A stretch of 64,000 nucleotides of DNA, from positions 128,001-192,000 of the forward strand of contig CAVVYR010000029.1 in assembly GCA_963752475.1 (NCBI GenBank). Direction: 5' to 3'. Under the pieces are notes generated by a model, which worked only from the letters and a program-made list of their open reading frames with translations, searched no databases and was not told the DNA's origin. Positions within the stretch are counted from its first letter, which is position 1; each line of letters opens with the position of its first letter. This DNA is from an uncultured Chloroflexia bacterium (GTDB taxonomy: Bacteria > Chloroflexota > Limnocylindria > Limnocylindrales > CSP1-4). The position numbers and the translations under genes are program-made. This document shows positions 30,863 through 39,912 of the stretch, in pieces.

Positions 30863-30946
30863 GTCAGCGCATCCTCCTGCCCCGCGTCTGCGACGCCAGG
30901 TTCCGCCCATGCGAGTACTGCATCAGATCGTCGACCCCCTTGGTGG

Positions 30947-31006
30947 TCAGCAGCAAACGCGACAGACATCAAGACACGGCCTCGCGTACGTCGTCGTCGT
31001 GATCAC
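30947..31006 (-). promoter_or_regulatory. Candidate leaderless Cys-rich leader peptide (MITTTTYARPCLDVCRVCC*) upstream of the ETF operon
   Basis: TAGCCT -10-like hexamer (31017-31012) 5 nt before GTG; 19 codons ending TGC TGC TGA. Confidence 0.45.
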
Positions 31007-31143
31007 TGATGAGGCTATCGCGAGAGCAGCCGCTCACGGATGGGCCGGTGCGTGCCGTTGAAGGGGGCCATCGGTCCCGAAGGCGCTGGTGGGGCCTGTC
31101 CACTCCCCGTCCCGAGGGGGCCGGCCCAGGACACGGAGCCGGG

Positions 31144-32010
31144 TTACCCCTCAGGCGGAGCGTCGTCCGAGCGGGGGTCGACGGCCCAGCGCTTGAGCAT
31201 GCGCTCGCGCACCAGCCGCACCTCTTCCTTGCGTGCCTTCTTGCGCGGCAGCTCGTACAGCTTGGCCGCGGTCAGCACGCGGTAGTAGGTGCGGGTGATG
31301 GCCACGGCCAGGCCCATGGTGCCGTCGCGGTAGCCGCGGCCCTTCACGTACTGGCGCCAGAAGTACCTGACCGCCTCCCCGAAGAGGTCGAGCGGCCCGT
31401 TCACCCGCCGGCCGCGAGCGTAGGCCTGGCGCGCCTCGATGTCGGTGTAGCGATCGACCTTGCGCACGAGGTCGGACAGGTTCCCGCCGGGGAAGTGCCA
31501 GATGGCCAGCGCCGGGTCGGCAGCCAGCTTGTGGCGGCGCGTGCCCGGAGCCGGTGCGATCGACTTGTGGATGCGGTCGGTCATGAGCAGTGAGCCGGGT
31601 CGGAAGAAGCGCGAGTGGCGGCTGGGCCAGTTGTTGCCGTGCTTGATCCAACGGCCAAGGATGAGGTTGGCACGGGGAACGAGTACGACGTCGATGTCGG
31701 GGTCGGGCTCGACCAGCTCGCGCAGGTGCGTGGCCAGGCTCGGCGGGACCATCTCGTCGGCGTCGAGGATGAAGACCCAATCGCCGGTGGCCTTGCTCAC
31801 CGCGAAGCGGCGGGCGGGGTCGGCGATGCCACCGGTGCGGTCGTGCTGGTAGACGATCGCGCCCATCTCTTCGGCGATCGACGCGGTGTCGTCCTCGGAG
31901 TGCTGGTCGACGACGATGACCTCGTCGCACCAGGGTGTGAGCGTGGACAGGGCGTAGTGCAGCTGATGTCCTTCGTTGAGGGCGATGACGACGCCGCTGA
32001 TCCTGGCCAT
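31144..32010 (-). CDS. Glycosyltransferase family 2
   Basis: ALNEG, VVDQHSEDDT, WVFILDADE, VDRYT, GYRDG. Confidence 0.92.
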   Translation of the reverse strand: MARISGVVIALNEGHQLHYALSTLTPWCDEVIVVDQHSEDDTASIAEEMGAIVYQHDRTGGIADPARRFAVSKATGDWVFILDADEMVPPSLATHLRELVEPDPDIDVVLVPRANLILGRWIKHGNNWPSRHSRFFRPGSLLMTDRIHKSIAPAPGTRRHKLAADPALAIWHFPGGNLSDLVRKVDRYTDIEARQAYARGRRVNGPLDLFGEAVRYFWRQYVKGRGYRDGTMGLAVAITRTYYRVLTAAKLYELPRKKARKEEVRLVRERMLKRWAVDPRSDDAPPEG

Positions 32011-32916
32011 CTAGAACTGCACCTCCCCTACCGCCTCGGGCGCCTTCTCCAACCGTTCCTGCTCGGAGTGGTCGATGGGGGCGAGGTCGGGATCATGCTC
32101 CAATCCGAGCATCTCCTCCTTCATCCGTTGGTACTCTTCGGCGCGGCCATGGGAGGCCATCTCGTCCCACTGCTTGGCCTGCACCAGGAAGCGATCCATG
32201 ATGCGGATGACCGAGACGGCGATACCGGCCGGTCCGTCGCGGTAGGCGCGGCCGGTGACGAATTCCTTCCACGCCTGTCGGAGCGCCACGCGGAACCAGC
32301 GGCGCGGCCGCGGCGTCTTGCCACTACGGGCACGCTGCCAGGCCTGCACGGTGGTGTAGCGCTGGGACTTCCAGACCACGTCCGCGATGTCGTGATAGCT
32401 GTAGTGCCAGAGACAGCACTCGCGATCCATGGGCAGCATGATCTCGGTCGCGCCCTCGGCCGCGTGGAAGCCGCCGTGCATCTCGACCCGGATGTCGATC
32501 GAGTCCTTGTGGAAGAAGCGCCGCTTGGCGTTGGGCCACCACTGGCCGTGCTTCATCTCCACCCCCAGGATGATGTTGCGGCGAGGGATGCGGACGACGT
32601 TCGCTTCTCCGGTCTCGGCGATCTGGCGCAGGCGCTGCCCCAGGTTCGGGTGCACGACCTCGTCCGAGTCGAGCACCATCACCCACTCGTGCTCGGTCAT
32701 GCCCACCGACATCTCGCGGATGATCTCCACGTAGCCAGTGGACTCGACCTCGATGACCTTGGCACCGCAAGCCTTCGCGATGCGCTGCGTGTCATCGGTC
32801 GACTGCTGGTCGACGACGAGCACCTCGTCACACCAGGTCTTGAGCGATTCCACCGCGTAGCGGATGGTCTCGGCCTCGTTCCAGGTGTTGATGAGCCCGG
32901 AGATCTTGACGGCCAT
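32011..32916 (-). CDS. Glycosyltransferase family 2 (paralog of the adjacent gene)
   Basis: TWNEA, VVDQQSTDDT, VLDSDE, AYRDG. Confidence 0.92.
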   Translation of the reverse strand: MAVKISGLINTWNEAETIRYAVESLKTWCDEVLVVDQQSTDDTQRIAKACGAKVIEVESTGYVEIIREMSVGMTEHEWVMVLDSDEVVHPNLGQRLRQIAETGEANVVRIPRRNIILGVEMKHGQWWPNAKRRFFHKDSIDIRVEMHGGFHAAEGATEIMLPMDRECCLWHYSYHDIADVVWKSQRYTTVQAWQRARSGKTPRPRRWFRVALRQAWKEFVTGRAYRDGPAGIAVSVIRIMDRFLVQAKQWDEMASHGRAEEYQRMKEEMLGLEHDPDLAPIDHSEQERLEKAPEAVGEVQF

Positions 32917-32950
32917 GGCTAGCTCTTCGCCTCGGCGCCGGAAGCCGCGC

Positions 32951-34057
32951 TCAGGAGCCGGTGGGCAGGTGTCGCTCCTCGGGGCCGGTGTAGATGACGT
33001 CCGGCCGGATGAGCTTGTCGACGCCCGCCTGCTCGATGGCATGGGCGGTCCAGCCCGCGGTGCGGGCCATGGCAAAGGTGGCGGGGAAGAGGTCGGGCGG
33101 CAGGCCCACGCCCTGCAGGACGGCGGCGGTGTAGTACTCCACGTTCGTCTTGAGCGGGCGGTCGGGGTAGCGCTCCTCGAGCACGCGCAAGGCCACGTCC
33201 TCGACGGCCACGGCCAGCTCCAGCCAGTCGGCGATGGAGCTCATCTGCTCGGCCACATCACGTAGCGCGGCAGCACGGGGGTCGTAGGCGCGGTAGACGC
33301 GGTGCCCGAAGCCCATCAGCCGCTCCTTGCGGTCGATGGCGTCGTTGATCCACTCCTCGGCGGCCTCCGGCGAGCCGATGGCGTTGAGCTGGCTCACGAC
33401 CTCCGAGGGGGCGCCGCCGTGCAGCGGGCCCTTGAGCGCACCGGTGGCACCCGAGACGGCGCTGGCGATGTCCGAGCGCGTGGCGGTGATGACGCGAGCC
33501 GCGAAGGTGGAGGCATTGAAGCCGTGGTCGGCACCGACGATGAAGTAGGCGTCGAGCGCGCGGGCCGAGGCCTCGTCGGGTACCTCACCGTTGAGCTGGT
33601 AGAGGAAGCCGGCCGTGGTGCCGAGCGACGGATCGGGATCGACGGGCTCCAGGCCCTGGCGCAGGCGACCGAAGGCGGCCAGCGCGGACGGTGCCATGGC
33701 CGTGATCTCGCGCGCCTGCTCGACGGTCGGCGGCCAGACGGTGCGGTTGCTGGCACCCCACACGGAGAAGGCCGTGCGCAAGGCGTCCATGGGGTGCGCA
33801 CCCTCGGGCAGGTCCCGCAGGGCGGCAAGGATGGGCTCCGATAGCGGCGCGCACGGCAGGTGGGCTTCGGTCAGCCACTCGTCGGCCCACAACAGGTGGG
33901 CCACCTGGGCGAAGCTGCCCTCGCGTACGAGTTCACCGATGGGGTAGCCGCGATAGAGCAGGCGGCCATTGGCGCCGTCCACGAGTGAGAGTGCGGTCTC
34001 CCCTGCGAGGACGCCGGCAAGACCGGGTGAGTAGGGTCGTTCGTCGGTCGTCGTCAT
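32951..34057 (-). CDS. Citrate / 2-methylcitrate synthase
   Basis: GRLLYRGY, DHGFNASTF, KGPLHGGA, MGFGHRVY..DPR, TNVEYY. Confidence 0.93.
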   Translation of the reverse strand: MTTTDERPYSPGLAGVLAGETALSLVDGANGRLLYRGYPIGELVREGSFAQVAHLLWADEWLTEAHLPCAPLSEPILAALRDLPEGAHPMDALRTAFSVWGASNRTVWPPTVEQAREITAMAPSALAAFGRLRQGLEPVDPDPSLGTTAGFLYQLNGEVPDEASARALDAYFIVGADHGFNASTFAARVITATRSDIASAVSGATGALKGPLHGGAPSEVVSQLNAIGSPEAAEEWINDAIDRKERLMGFGHRVYRAYDPRAAALRDVAEQMSSIADWLELAVAVEDVALRVLEERYPDRPLKTNVEYYTAAVLQGVGLPPDLFPATFAMARTAGWTAHAIEQAGVDKLIRPDVIYTGPEERHLPTGS

Positions 34058-34150
34058 GCGGGGCAGTCTAGTGCTCCTCGCCGCTGACCGTGATGAGGCA
34101 GCGACGGATCCGACGGCAGCTTCCTGCTCGGACGTGCGCATGCTGCCGCG

Positions 34151-34741
34151 TCAGCCTTCGTCGACGAAGGCGCCGGCCAGCCGCAGCTCCGCGAGGGCCT
34201 TCTCGCCATCGCCGGGGTTCAGGTCGACGGCCCGCACGCCGGCCGCCAGCACCGTCGTGGGGTACCCGCGGGTGCGCGCGTCGAGCGCGGTAGCCAGGAC
34301 GCAGTAGTCGGTCGCCAGCCCAGCCACCACGAGCTTCTCCACGCCCGCCGTCTGGAGCAGGTCGTGCAGCTCGGTGGGCTGCGTCTCGCCGCTCTCGGGG
34401 TCGCGTGTGGTGAAGCCGCTGTAGCCGTCCTCGCCGTTGACACCCTTGCGCACGATCGGTCCCTCCACGCGCAGGTCGGGATGGAACTCCGCGCCCCAGG
34501 TGTCGGCCACACAGTGCACCGGCCAGAGGCCCCCGTCCTTCTCGAAGTGGGGGGTCGACCGCGGGTGCCAGTCCTGGGTGTAGAAGACCCGGCCACCGGC
34601 CGCGAGCGCGGCCTCGATCTGGGCGTTGATGACGGAGATGACCTCCGTCCCGCCCGCGACCGAGAGCCCGCCGGAGGGATCGGCGAAATCGTTCTGGACG
34701 TCGACGACGATGAGGGCCGTGGTGGGGTCGTACTGGCTCAC
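34151..34741 (-). CDS. pncA: Nicotinamidase / isochorismatase family cysteine hydrolase
   Basis: VDVQNDF, TQDWHP, WPVHCV, YSGF, GLATDYCV. Confidence 0.88.
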   Translation of the reverse strand: MSQYDPTTALIVVDVQNDFADPSGGLSVAGGTEVISVINAQIEAALAAGGRVFYTQDWHPRSTPHFEKDGGLWPVHCVADTWGAEFHPDLRVEGPIVRKGVNGEDGYSGFTTRDPESGETQPTELHDLLQTAGVEKLVVAGLATDYCVLATALDARTRGYPTTVLAAGVRAVDLNPGDGEKALAELRLAGAFVDEG

Positions 34742-34804
34742 GGGCCGATGGTAGCGCGGGCGCGAGGGCAGCCGGTCGGAATCCGCGTAGCCTTGGAGCC
34801 ACTA

Positions 34805-35833
34805 GTGACCGACACCACCCACACCTCTCCATCGGACACCTCTTCCGACGACGCCCGGTCCTGGGCCATGTTCCTGTCCCTCGCGGCCATCTGGGGCAGC
34901 TCGTTCATGTGGATCACCGTGGCTCTCGAGGACGGGATCCCACCGATGACGATCGTCGCCTGGCGTGCGCTCGCGGCCTGCGTGCTGCTCGTGGGCGTAC
35001 TCCTCTACCGCCGCGGGCGACTGCCGTTCCGCTGGAACCTGTGGAAGCGGATGTTCGCGCTGGGCGCGCTGAACATGGTCGTCCCCATGGCGCTCATCAG
35101 CTGGGGTCAGCAGTTCATCCCCAGCGGCATGGCCAGCATCCTCAACGCCACCGTCCCGCTCTTCACCATCGTTCTCGCGGCGACCCTCCTGGCCGACGAG
35201 CACATCACGCTTGCCAAGCTCAGCGGGCTGGCGGTGGGTTTCCTGGGCGTGATCGTGCTGGCCTCACCGAACCTCAGCGCGGCCGGCGCCGACGAGGATG
35301 CCGCGGCCGCGGTCGTGGGCATGGCGGCGGTGGCGGTGGCCGGCTTCTTCTACGCCGTGGCCTCGGTCTACGTGCGCCGTCGCATCACGGGCATGCCCAT
35401 CGTGGAACAGCCCGACGGGTCGACGCGTGCGCCGCTGCCGGTGGAGATCTCACTGGGCACGACGGCCACGGCACTGCTGATGATCACCGCGCTGGCCGTG
35501 ATCTTCGAACGCCCCGACGGCGGGCTTCTCACGGTTCCGCAGACCGTCGGCGCCTGGGTCGGTGTGATCTGGCTCGGCGCGCTCGGCACCGGCGTCGCGT
35601 ACCTCATCTTCTACCGGCTCATCGTCCGCTGGGGTGCCACCCGCACCACGCTCGTGACCTACGTCATCCCGCTCGTAGCCATCGTCGTGGGCTATGTCTT
35701 CCTCGACGAGCGCCTGCGCCCGATCGAGCTCGTCGGCGCCGGCCTCGTCATCGGCGGCGTCATCCTGGTGAACGCGAACGTGGGCCAGAGACCACTCTTC
35801 GAACGGAGCCACCCAGCCTCCGACATCGACTGA
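34805..35833 (+). CDS. EamA/DMT family transporter
   Basis: IWGSSF, PSGMASILNATVPLFT, TYVIP, FLDE; about 10 TM helices. Confidence 0.92.
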   Translation: MTDTTHTSPSDTSSDDARSWAMFLSLAAIWGSSFMWITVALEDGIPPMTIVAWRALAACVLLVGVLLYRRGRLPFRWNLWKRMFALGALNMVVPMALISWGQQFIPSGMASILNATVPLFTIVLAATLLADEHITLAKLSGLAVGFLGVIVLASPNLSAAGADEDAAAAVVGMAAVAVAGFFYAVASVYVRRRITGMPIVEQPDGSTRAPLPVEISLGTTATALLMITALAVIFERPDGGLLTVPQTVGAWVGVIWLGALGTGVAYLIFYRLIVRWGATRTTLVTYVIPLVAIVVGYVFLDERLRPIELVGAGLVIGGVILVNANVGQRPLFERSHPASDID

Positions 35834-35946
35834 CCGAACCGAGCACGGACCGCAAGCTGCGCACACCCCAAAGCAAGCCGGGGATAGAGCCGACGAAGAC
35901 ACCCGGCGCAGGCTCGAAGGCGTCACCGACCCAGAGGAGGGATCAG

Positions 35947-36435
35947 ATGTCCGAGTCCAGCTTCCAGCTCCGATCCATCGGCCGCGTCGAGGCCGGCAGC
36001 GACGGCTTCGCCATCGCGGTCGACGAGCGCTATCGCGACGCGCTCATCGGCCTCGAAGGCTTCAGCCATATCAACGTGCTCTGGTGGTTCCACCTGCTCG
36101 ACGCGCCCGAACACCGAGCGGTGATGGTGTCGGAGAAGCCCTACCGGGATGCGCCCGACCGCCTGGGCATCTTCGCTACCCGCTCGCCGGTGCGACCGAA
36201 CCCGCTGGCGCTTACGCCGGTGCCAGTGCTGGCCCTCGACCTCGAGGGTGGCCGCATCGCGATCCCCTTCATCGATGCCGAACCCGGTACGCCGGTGCTC
36301 GACATCAAGCCCTACCACCCTGCGGTCGACCGCATCCGCGAGGTCAGCGTGCCTGATTGGTGCCGCACCTGGCCGGAGTGGTACGAGGACTCGATGACGT
36401 TCGACTGGGGCGCGGTCTTCGAGAACGCTCAGTAG
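35947..36435 (+). CDS. TrmO/TsaA-like SAM-binding protein
   Basis: GLEGFSHINVLWWFH, GIFATRSPVRPNP, GTPVLDIKPY; GAGGAGG SD. Confidence 0.9.
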   Translation: MSESSFQLRSIGRVEAGSDGFAIAVDERYRDALIGLEGFSHINVLWWFHLLDAPEHRAVMVSEKPYRDAPDRLGIFATRSPVRPNPLALTPVPVLALDLEGGRIAIPFIDAEPGTPVLDIKPYHPAVDRIREVSVPDWCRTWPEWYEDSMTFDWGAVFENAQ

Positions 36436-37418
36436 CGTCGCAGCGGCCGCACCGGGATGCCGATGTCCATGACCTCGGCATCCTCGCGCCGCGCCTCGCG
36501 GCCGATGACGTAGCGCTCGAAGGGCAGTCGGTCGTCGGGCTCGTAGCCGCTGTCGGGCAACCAGCCGGCGGCCATGGCGTACCAGGCCTCGGGGTAGTCA
36601 TCGACCCCCAGCTCGAAGCGACCGACGGCCACGTCACCGGCGGAGATGGACATGCGTCCGATGTCGCCTTCAGCCGGCGTCTCGGGCGATACCGGGATGC
36701 AGGCGCTCACGCGCAGCCGGTCGTCATCGGTGAGGCTGGGATCATCGTGGTAGAGGTTGAAGAGCGGCGTGTTCGGAGCCACGAAACCGCGTGGCTCGGC
36801 CCAGGTCATGAGGCGGGTGTACAGCTCCGTGAAGACGTCACCCATGCCCTGGTAGCGGCCGGTGTAGCGAACGTAGGCGACCTCGGTTTGCGAGAGCGGC
36901 TCGACACGCACGGTCACCGCGCCCAGCGTGCCGGCTGACACGTCCCAGACCGTGCGGCCGGTCTCGACCGACAGACGCGTGCCGGTGACCGCGAACCGGC
37001 CGCAGCGGGCCAGCGTCTCCACGCTGACGTCGGCCGAGGGGTCCTGGGACCGGCGCTCGTACCGCTGACGACCACTGGTACGCCATTCGGTCGGGCTCAC
37101 GCCGTAGGCCTCTCGGAAGGCCCGGCTGAACGACGAGGGGCTGGCGAAACCGGTCTCGAGGGCGACCTCGGTCACGGGACGGTCGGGGCGCGCTGACAGC
37201 AGCGTCGCCGCGCGTTCGAGGCGCACCCGGCCCACGAAAGCCCCGATGGTCTCGCCGGTCACGGCGCTGAAGATGCGGTGGAAGTGGAACGGCGAGAAGT
37301 GCGCGACCCGGGCCAGCCGCTCCACGGTCAGCTCGTCGCCGAGGTGGGTCTCGACGTAGTCCATGGCCGCGTTGACCCGGCCCTCGTAGAGCTGCCGATC
37401 GGCGCCGGTCTCAGGCAT
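36429..37418 (-). CDS. AraC family transcriptional regulator with C-terminal GyrI-like effector domain
   Basis: FSPFHFHRIF, GFASPSSFSRAF; YHDDP...WLPDSGYEPDD. Confidence 0.92.
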   Translation of the reverse strand: MPETGADRQLYEGRVNAAMDYVETHLGDELTVERLARVAHFSPFHFHRIFSAVTGETIGAFVGRVRLERAATLLSARPDRPVTEVALETGFASPSSFSRAFREAYGVSPTEWRTSGRQRYERRSQDPSADVSVETLARCGRFAVTGTRLSVETGRTVWDVSAGTLGAVTVRVEPLSQTEVAYVRYTGRYQGMGDVFTELYTRLMTWAEPRGFVAPNTPLFNLYHDDPSLTDDDRLRVSACIPVSPETPAEGDIGRMSISAGDVAVGRFELGVDDYPEAWYAMAAGWLPDSGYEPDDRLPFERYVIGREARREDAEVMDIGIPVRPLRRY

Positions 37419-38553
37419 CGGTCCGCTCCGCCGGACCCCCACCTCCGAAGACCCAGGCGGCGATGGCGGTGGTCAGCGGCATGGCCAACACGATGCCGAT
37501 GCTGCCCACGAGCGTGCGCACGATCTCGAGCGCGAGCAGCTCGCGGTTGAGCGTCAGCAACGCCGGCTCGGCCACGACCACGATGAAGATCAGCGCCGGC
37601 AGGCTGGCGCCCACGTAGGCCATGAAGAGCGTGTTGGTGGTGGCCGCGATGTGCGAGCGACCGATACGCATGGCGCGTCGCCAGAGAATCGCGGGTGGCT
37701 GCGGGTGGCGCTCAGCAAGCTCGTCGACCGTCGCGGCCTGCGTGACGGTGACATCGTCGAGCACACCCACCGCACCGAGGATGATGGCCGCGAGCAGGAT
37801 GCCGCTGACGTCGAGCAGCTCGCCCGAGGGCAGGGTGAAGTAGGACAGCTGGCCACCGGCGAAGATGCTGAAGTCCGCCGCCGCGGAGAAGAGCGCCGCC
37901 AGCACGGCCGTCGCGACCAGGCCGCCGACCGTGCCCGTGATCGCCACCAGGCTGACGCGAGACAACCCCTCCGTGAGCAGGATCGTAGTCGTGGTCACGA
38001 GGACCGCCAGCACGATCGCCAGCGGGACCGGTGGCACGCCCGTGAGCATCAACGGGATGAAGAGCTTGGCCACGAGCAAGACCGTGAGCCCGAGCGCGAC
38101 CAGCGCCCGCAGGCCCTGCCAGCCACCGACGAGGATCATGACCAGGCCGAAGACGAGCACGAGCAGGCCCAGGGCCGGGAGGCGATAGGGCTCGCTGACC
38201 GCGAGGAACTCCGTGCCGTCGAAGGACTCGGTGAGGCTGACCACGACCTCGTCGCCCACCCCGAGGTCCCCAGCGGCGGCAGTGCCGGTGAGCAACGTCA
38301 ACCGAGCCAGGGTCCGCTCGCCGGCGCGCGGTCCCTCGCTGATCTCCACCAGCATGTCGTTGCCCTGCGAGAGGGGGTCGTCCAGATCGATGGGCGGAGC
38401 CGGGTCGACGACGACGGCTCGCCAGGCGTCACTCGCGGTCGGTCCCGCGTCGATGGGCTCGCGCTCGATATCCGGCATGAGCCAGAGCACGGCGATGACC
38501 ACGACCGCGATGAGCAGGGGAATCAGGCGTCGTCGATCGGTCTGCTGGCCCAC
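37411..38553 (-). CDS. YibE/F family membrane protein
   Basis: GWQGLRAL, GAVGVLDDVTVTQA, NTLFMAYVGASLP, EIVRTLVGSIG. Confidence 0.9.
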   Translation of the reverse strand: MGQQTDRRRLIPLLIAVVVIAVLWLMPDIEREPIDAGPTASDAWRAVVVDPAPPIDLDDPLSQGNDMLVEISEGPRAGERTLARLTLLTGTAAAGDLGVGDEVVVSLTESFDGTEFLAVSEPYRLPALGLLVLVFGLVMILVGGWQGLRALVALGLTVLLVAKLFIPLMLTGVPPVPLAIVLAVLVTTTTILLTEGLSRVSLVAITGTVGGLVATAVLAALFSAAADFSIFAGGQLSYFTLPSGELLDVSGILLAAIILGAVGVLDDVTVTQAATVDELAERHPQPPAILWRRAMRIGRSHIAATTNTLFMAYVGASLPALIFIVVVAEPALLTLNRELLALEIVRTLVGSIGIVLAMPLTTAIAAWVFGGGGPAERTDA

Positions 38554-38577
38554 GCCCGCAGCATAGGCCCCTACCCT

Positions 38578-39309
38578 GTGTTCGTGGCGAACGACCCCGG
38601 CCGACCCTACGTCGGCACCAGTGGCTTCTCGTACCCCGGGTGGGTGCCCAGGTTCTACGTGCCCGGCAAGGCCAGCCGCAAGCTGCTCGCGGCCTACGCC
38701 ACGCGGCTGCCCGCGGTGGAGCTGCACAACACGTTCCTCCGGCGGCCGAACGAGCAGCAGATCGAGAAGTGGATGCGCGAGACGACGGCCGACTTCCGCT
38801 TCTGTCCCAAGGCCCAGCGCTCGACATCCTGGCGCGCCTTCGCCGAGCCCGATCCGACCGACTCGATCCGCTGGCTGACCGATGCCCTCGAAGGCTTCGG
38901 CGAACGACTCGGCAGCGTGCTGCTCTCACTGCGGGCGTCGCTGCAGCGTGATGACGAGGCGCTCGAGCGCGCGCTGGCCGCCTGGCCCACGACGGTGCCG
39001 CTGGCGCTGGAGCTGCTGCATCCGAGCTGGCACGTGCCCGACGTGCGTGAACAGGCCAGGGCGAGAGGCGTGACCCTGGTCGCGACCGACCTCGAGGGCC
39101 GCGACGAGCCCGAGCTGCACGAGGGCGGCGGCTTCACCTATCTGCGGCTGCGACGTGAGGCCTACTCCGAGGCCGACATCGAGCGCTGGGCAACGCGACT
39201 GCAGCCGATGCTCGAGGCCGGCACCGACGCCTTCGCCTTCTTCCGCCATGACGACGATGGACAGATGGCGCTGAATGCGGAGATCCTGCTTCGACGGCTC
39301 AGCGACTAG
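38578..39309 (+). CDS. DUF72 domain protein
   Basis: YVGTSGFSYPGW, AVELHNTF, YLRLR. Confidence 0.88.
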   Translation: MFVANDPGRPYVGTSGFSYPGWVPRFYVPGKASRKLLAAYATRLPAVELHNTFLRRPNEQQIEKWMRETTADFRFCPKAQRSTSWRAFAEPDPTDSIRWLTDALEGFGERLGSVLLSLRASLQRDDEALERALAAWPTTVPLALELLHPSWHVPDVREQARARGVTLVATDLEGRDEPELHEGGGFTYLRLRREAYSEADIERWATRLQPMLEAGTDAFAFFRHDDDGQMALNAEILLRRLSD

Positions 39310-39405
39310 TTGCGTCGATACGCAAGTAGTCGCGATCCGGCGTACGATAGGGGTGCTTCCCCCGACCCCGACTCACCATGTGCGCCACGGCGCAGAGGAG
39401 ATCAC

Positions 39406-39855
39406 ATGAACGCACCCAACGAGACCGTCACCAAGGCCCTGCAGGGCACCCTCGTCGAGCTCATCGACCTGGCCCTCATCGGCAAGCAGGCCCACTGGAG
39501 CGTCGTCGGCCCGCAGTTCCGCTCCATCCATCTCGAGCTCGACGAGATCGTCGATCTGGCCCGCGTTCAGTACGACCGCGTGGCCGAGCGCCTGTCCACC
39601 ATCGGCGTCGCCCCCGACGGCCGCGCCGAGACCATCAGCACCACCAGCGAGCTGCCGCCCTTCCCCGAGGGCTTCATCGCCGCGACCGATACCGTCCAGC
39701 GCGTGACACAGGTGATGGACACCATCGCGCTGCGGATGAAGGAGCGCATCGCGGCCGTGGGCGACGATGACGCGATCAGCCAGGACATCCTCATCGGCGC
39801 CACCGACGAGCTCGAGAAGGCCGCCTGGATGCTGCGTTCGCAGCTGACGATGTAG
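39406..39855 (+). CDS. dps: DNA starvation/stationary phase protection protein (Dps)
   Basis: KQAHWSVVGPQFRSIHLELDE, DRVAER, LEKAAWML; GAGGAG SD. Confidence 0.92.
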   Translation: MNAPNETVTKALQGTLVELIDLALIGKQAHWSVVGPQFRSIHLELDEIVDLARVQYDRVAERLSTIGVAPDGRAETISTTSELPPFPEGFIAATDTVQRVTQVMDTIALRMKERIAAVGDDDAISQDILIGATDELEKAAWMLRSQLTM

Positions 39856-39912
39856 CCGAGCCTTCGGCTCGCACGACGGCGTCCGCCTTGCCGCGGGCGC
39901 CGTTTCGATTCC

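Noticed and set aside
30947-30949. TGA after Cys-Cys as possible selenocysteine recoding
   Set aside because: Read-through adds only a few codons before another stop, and there are no sel genes or convincing SECIS in view.
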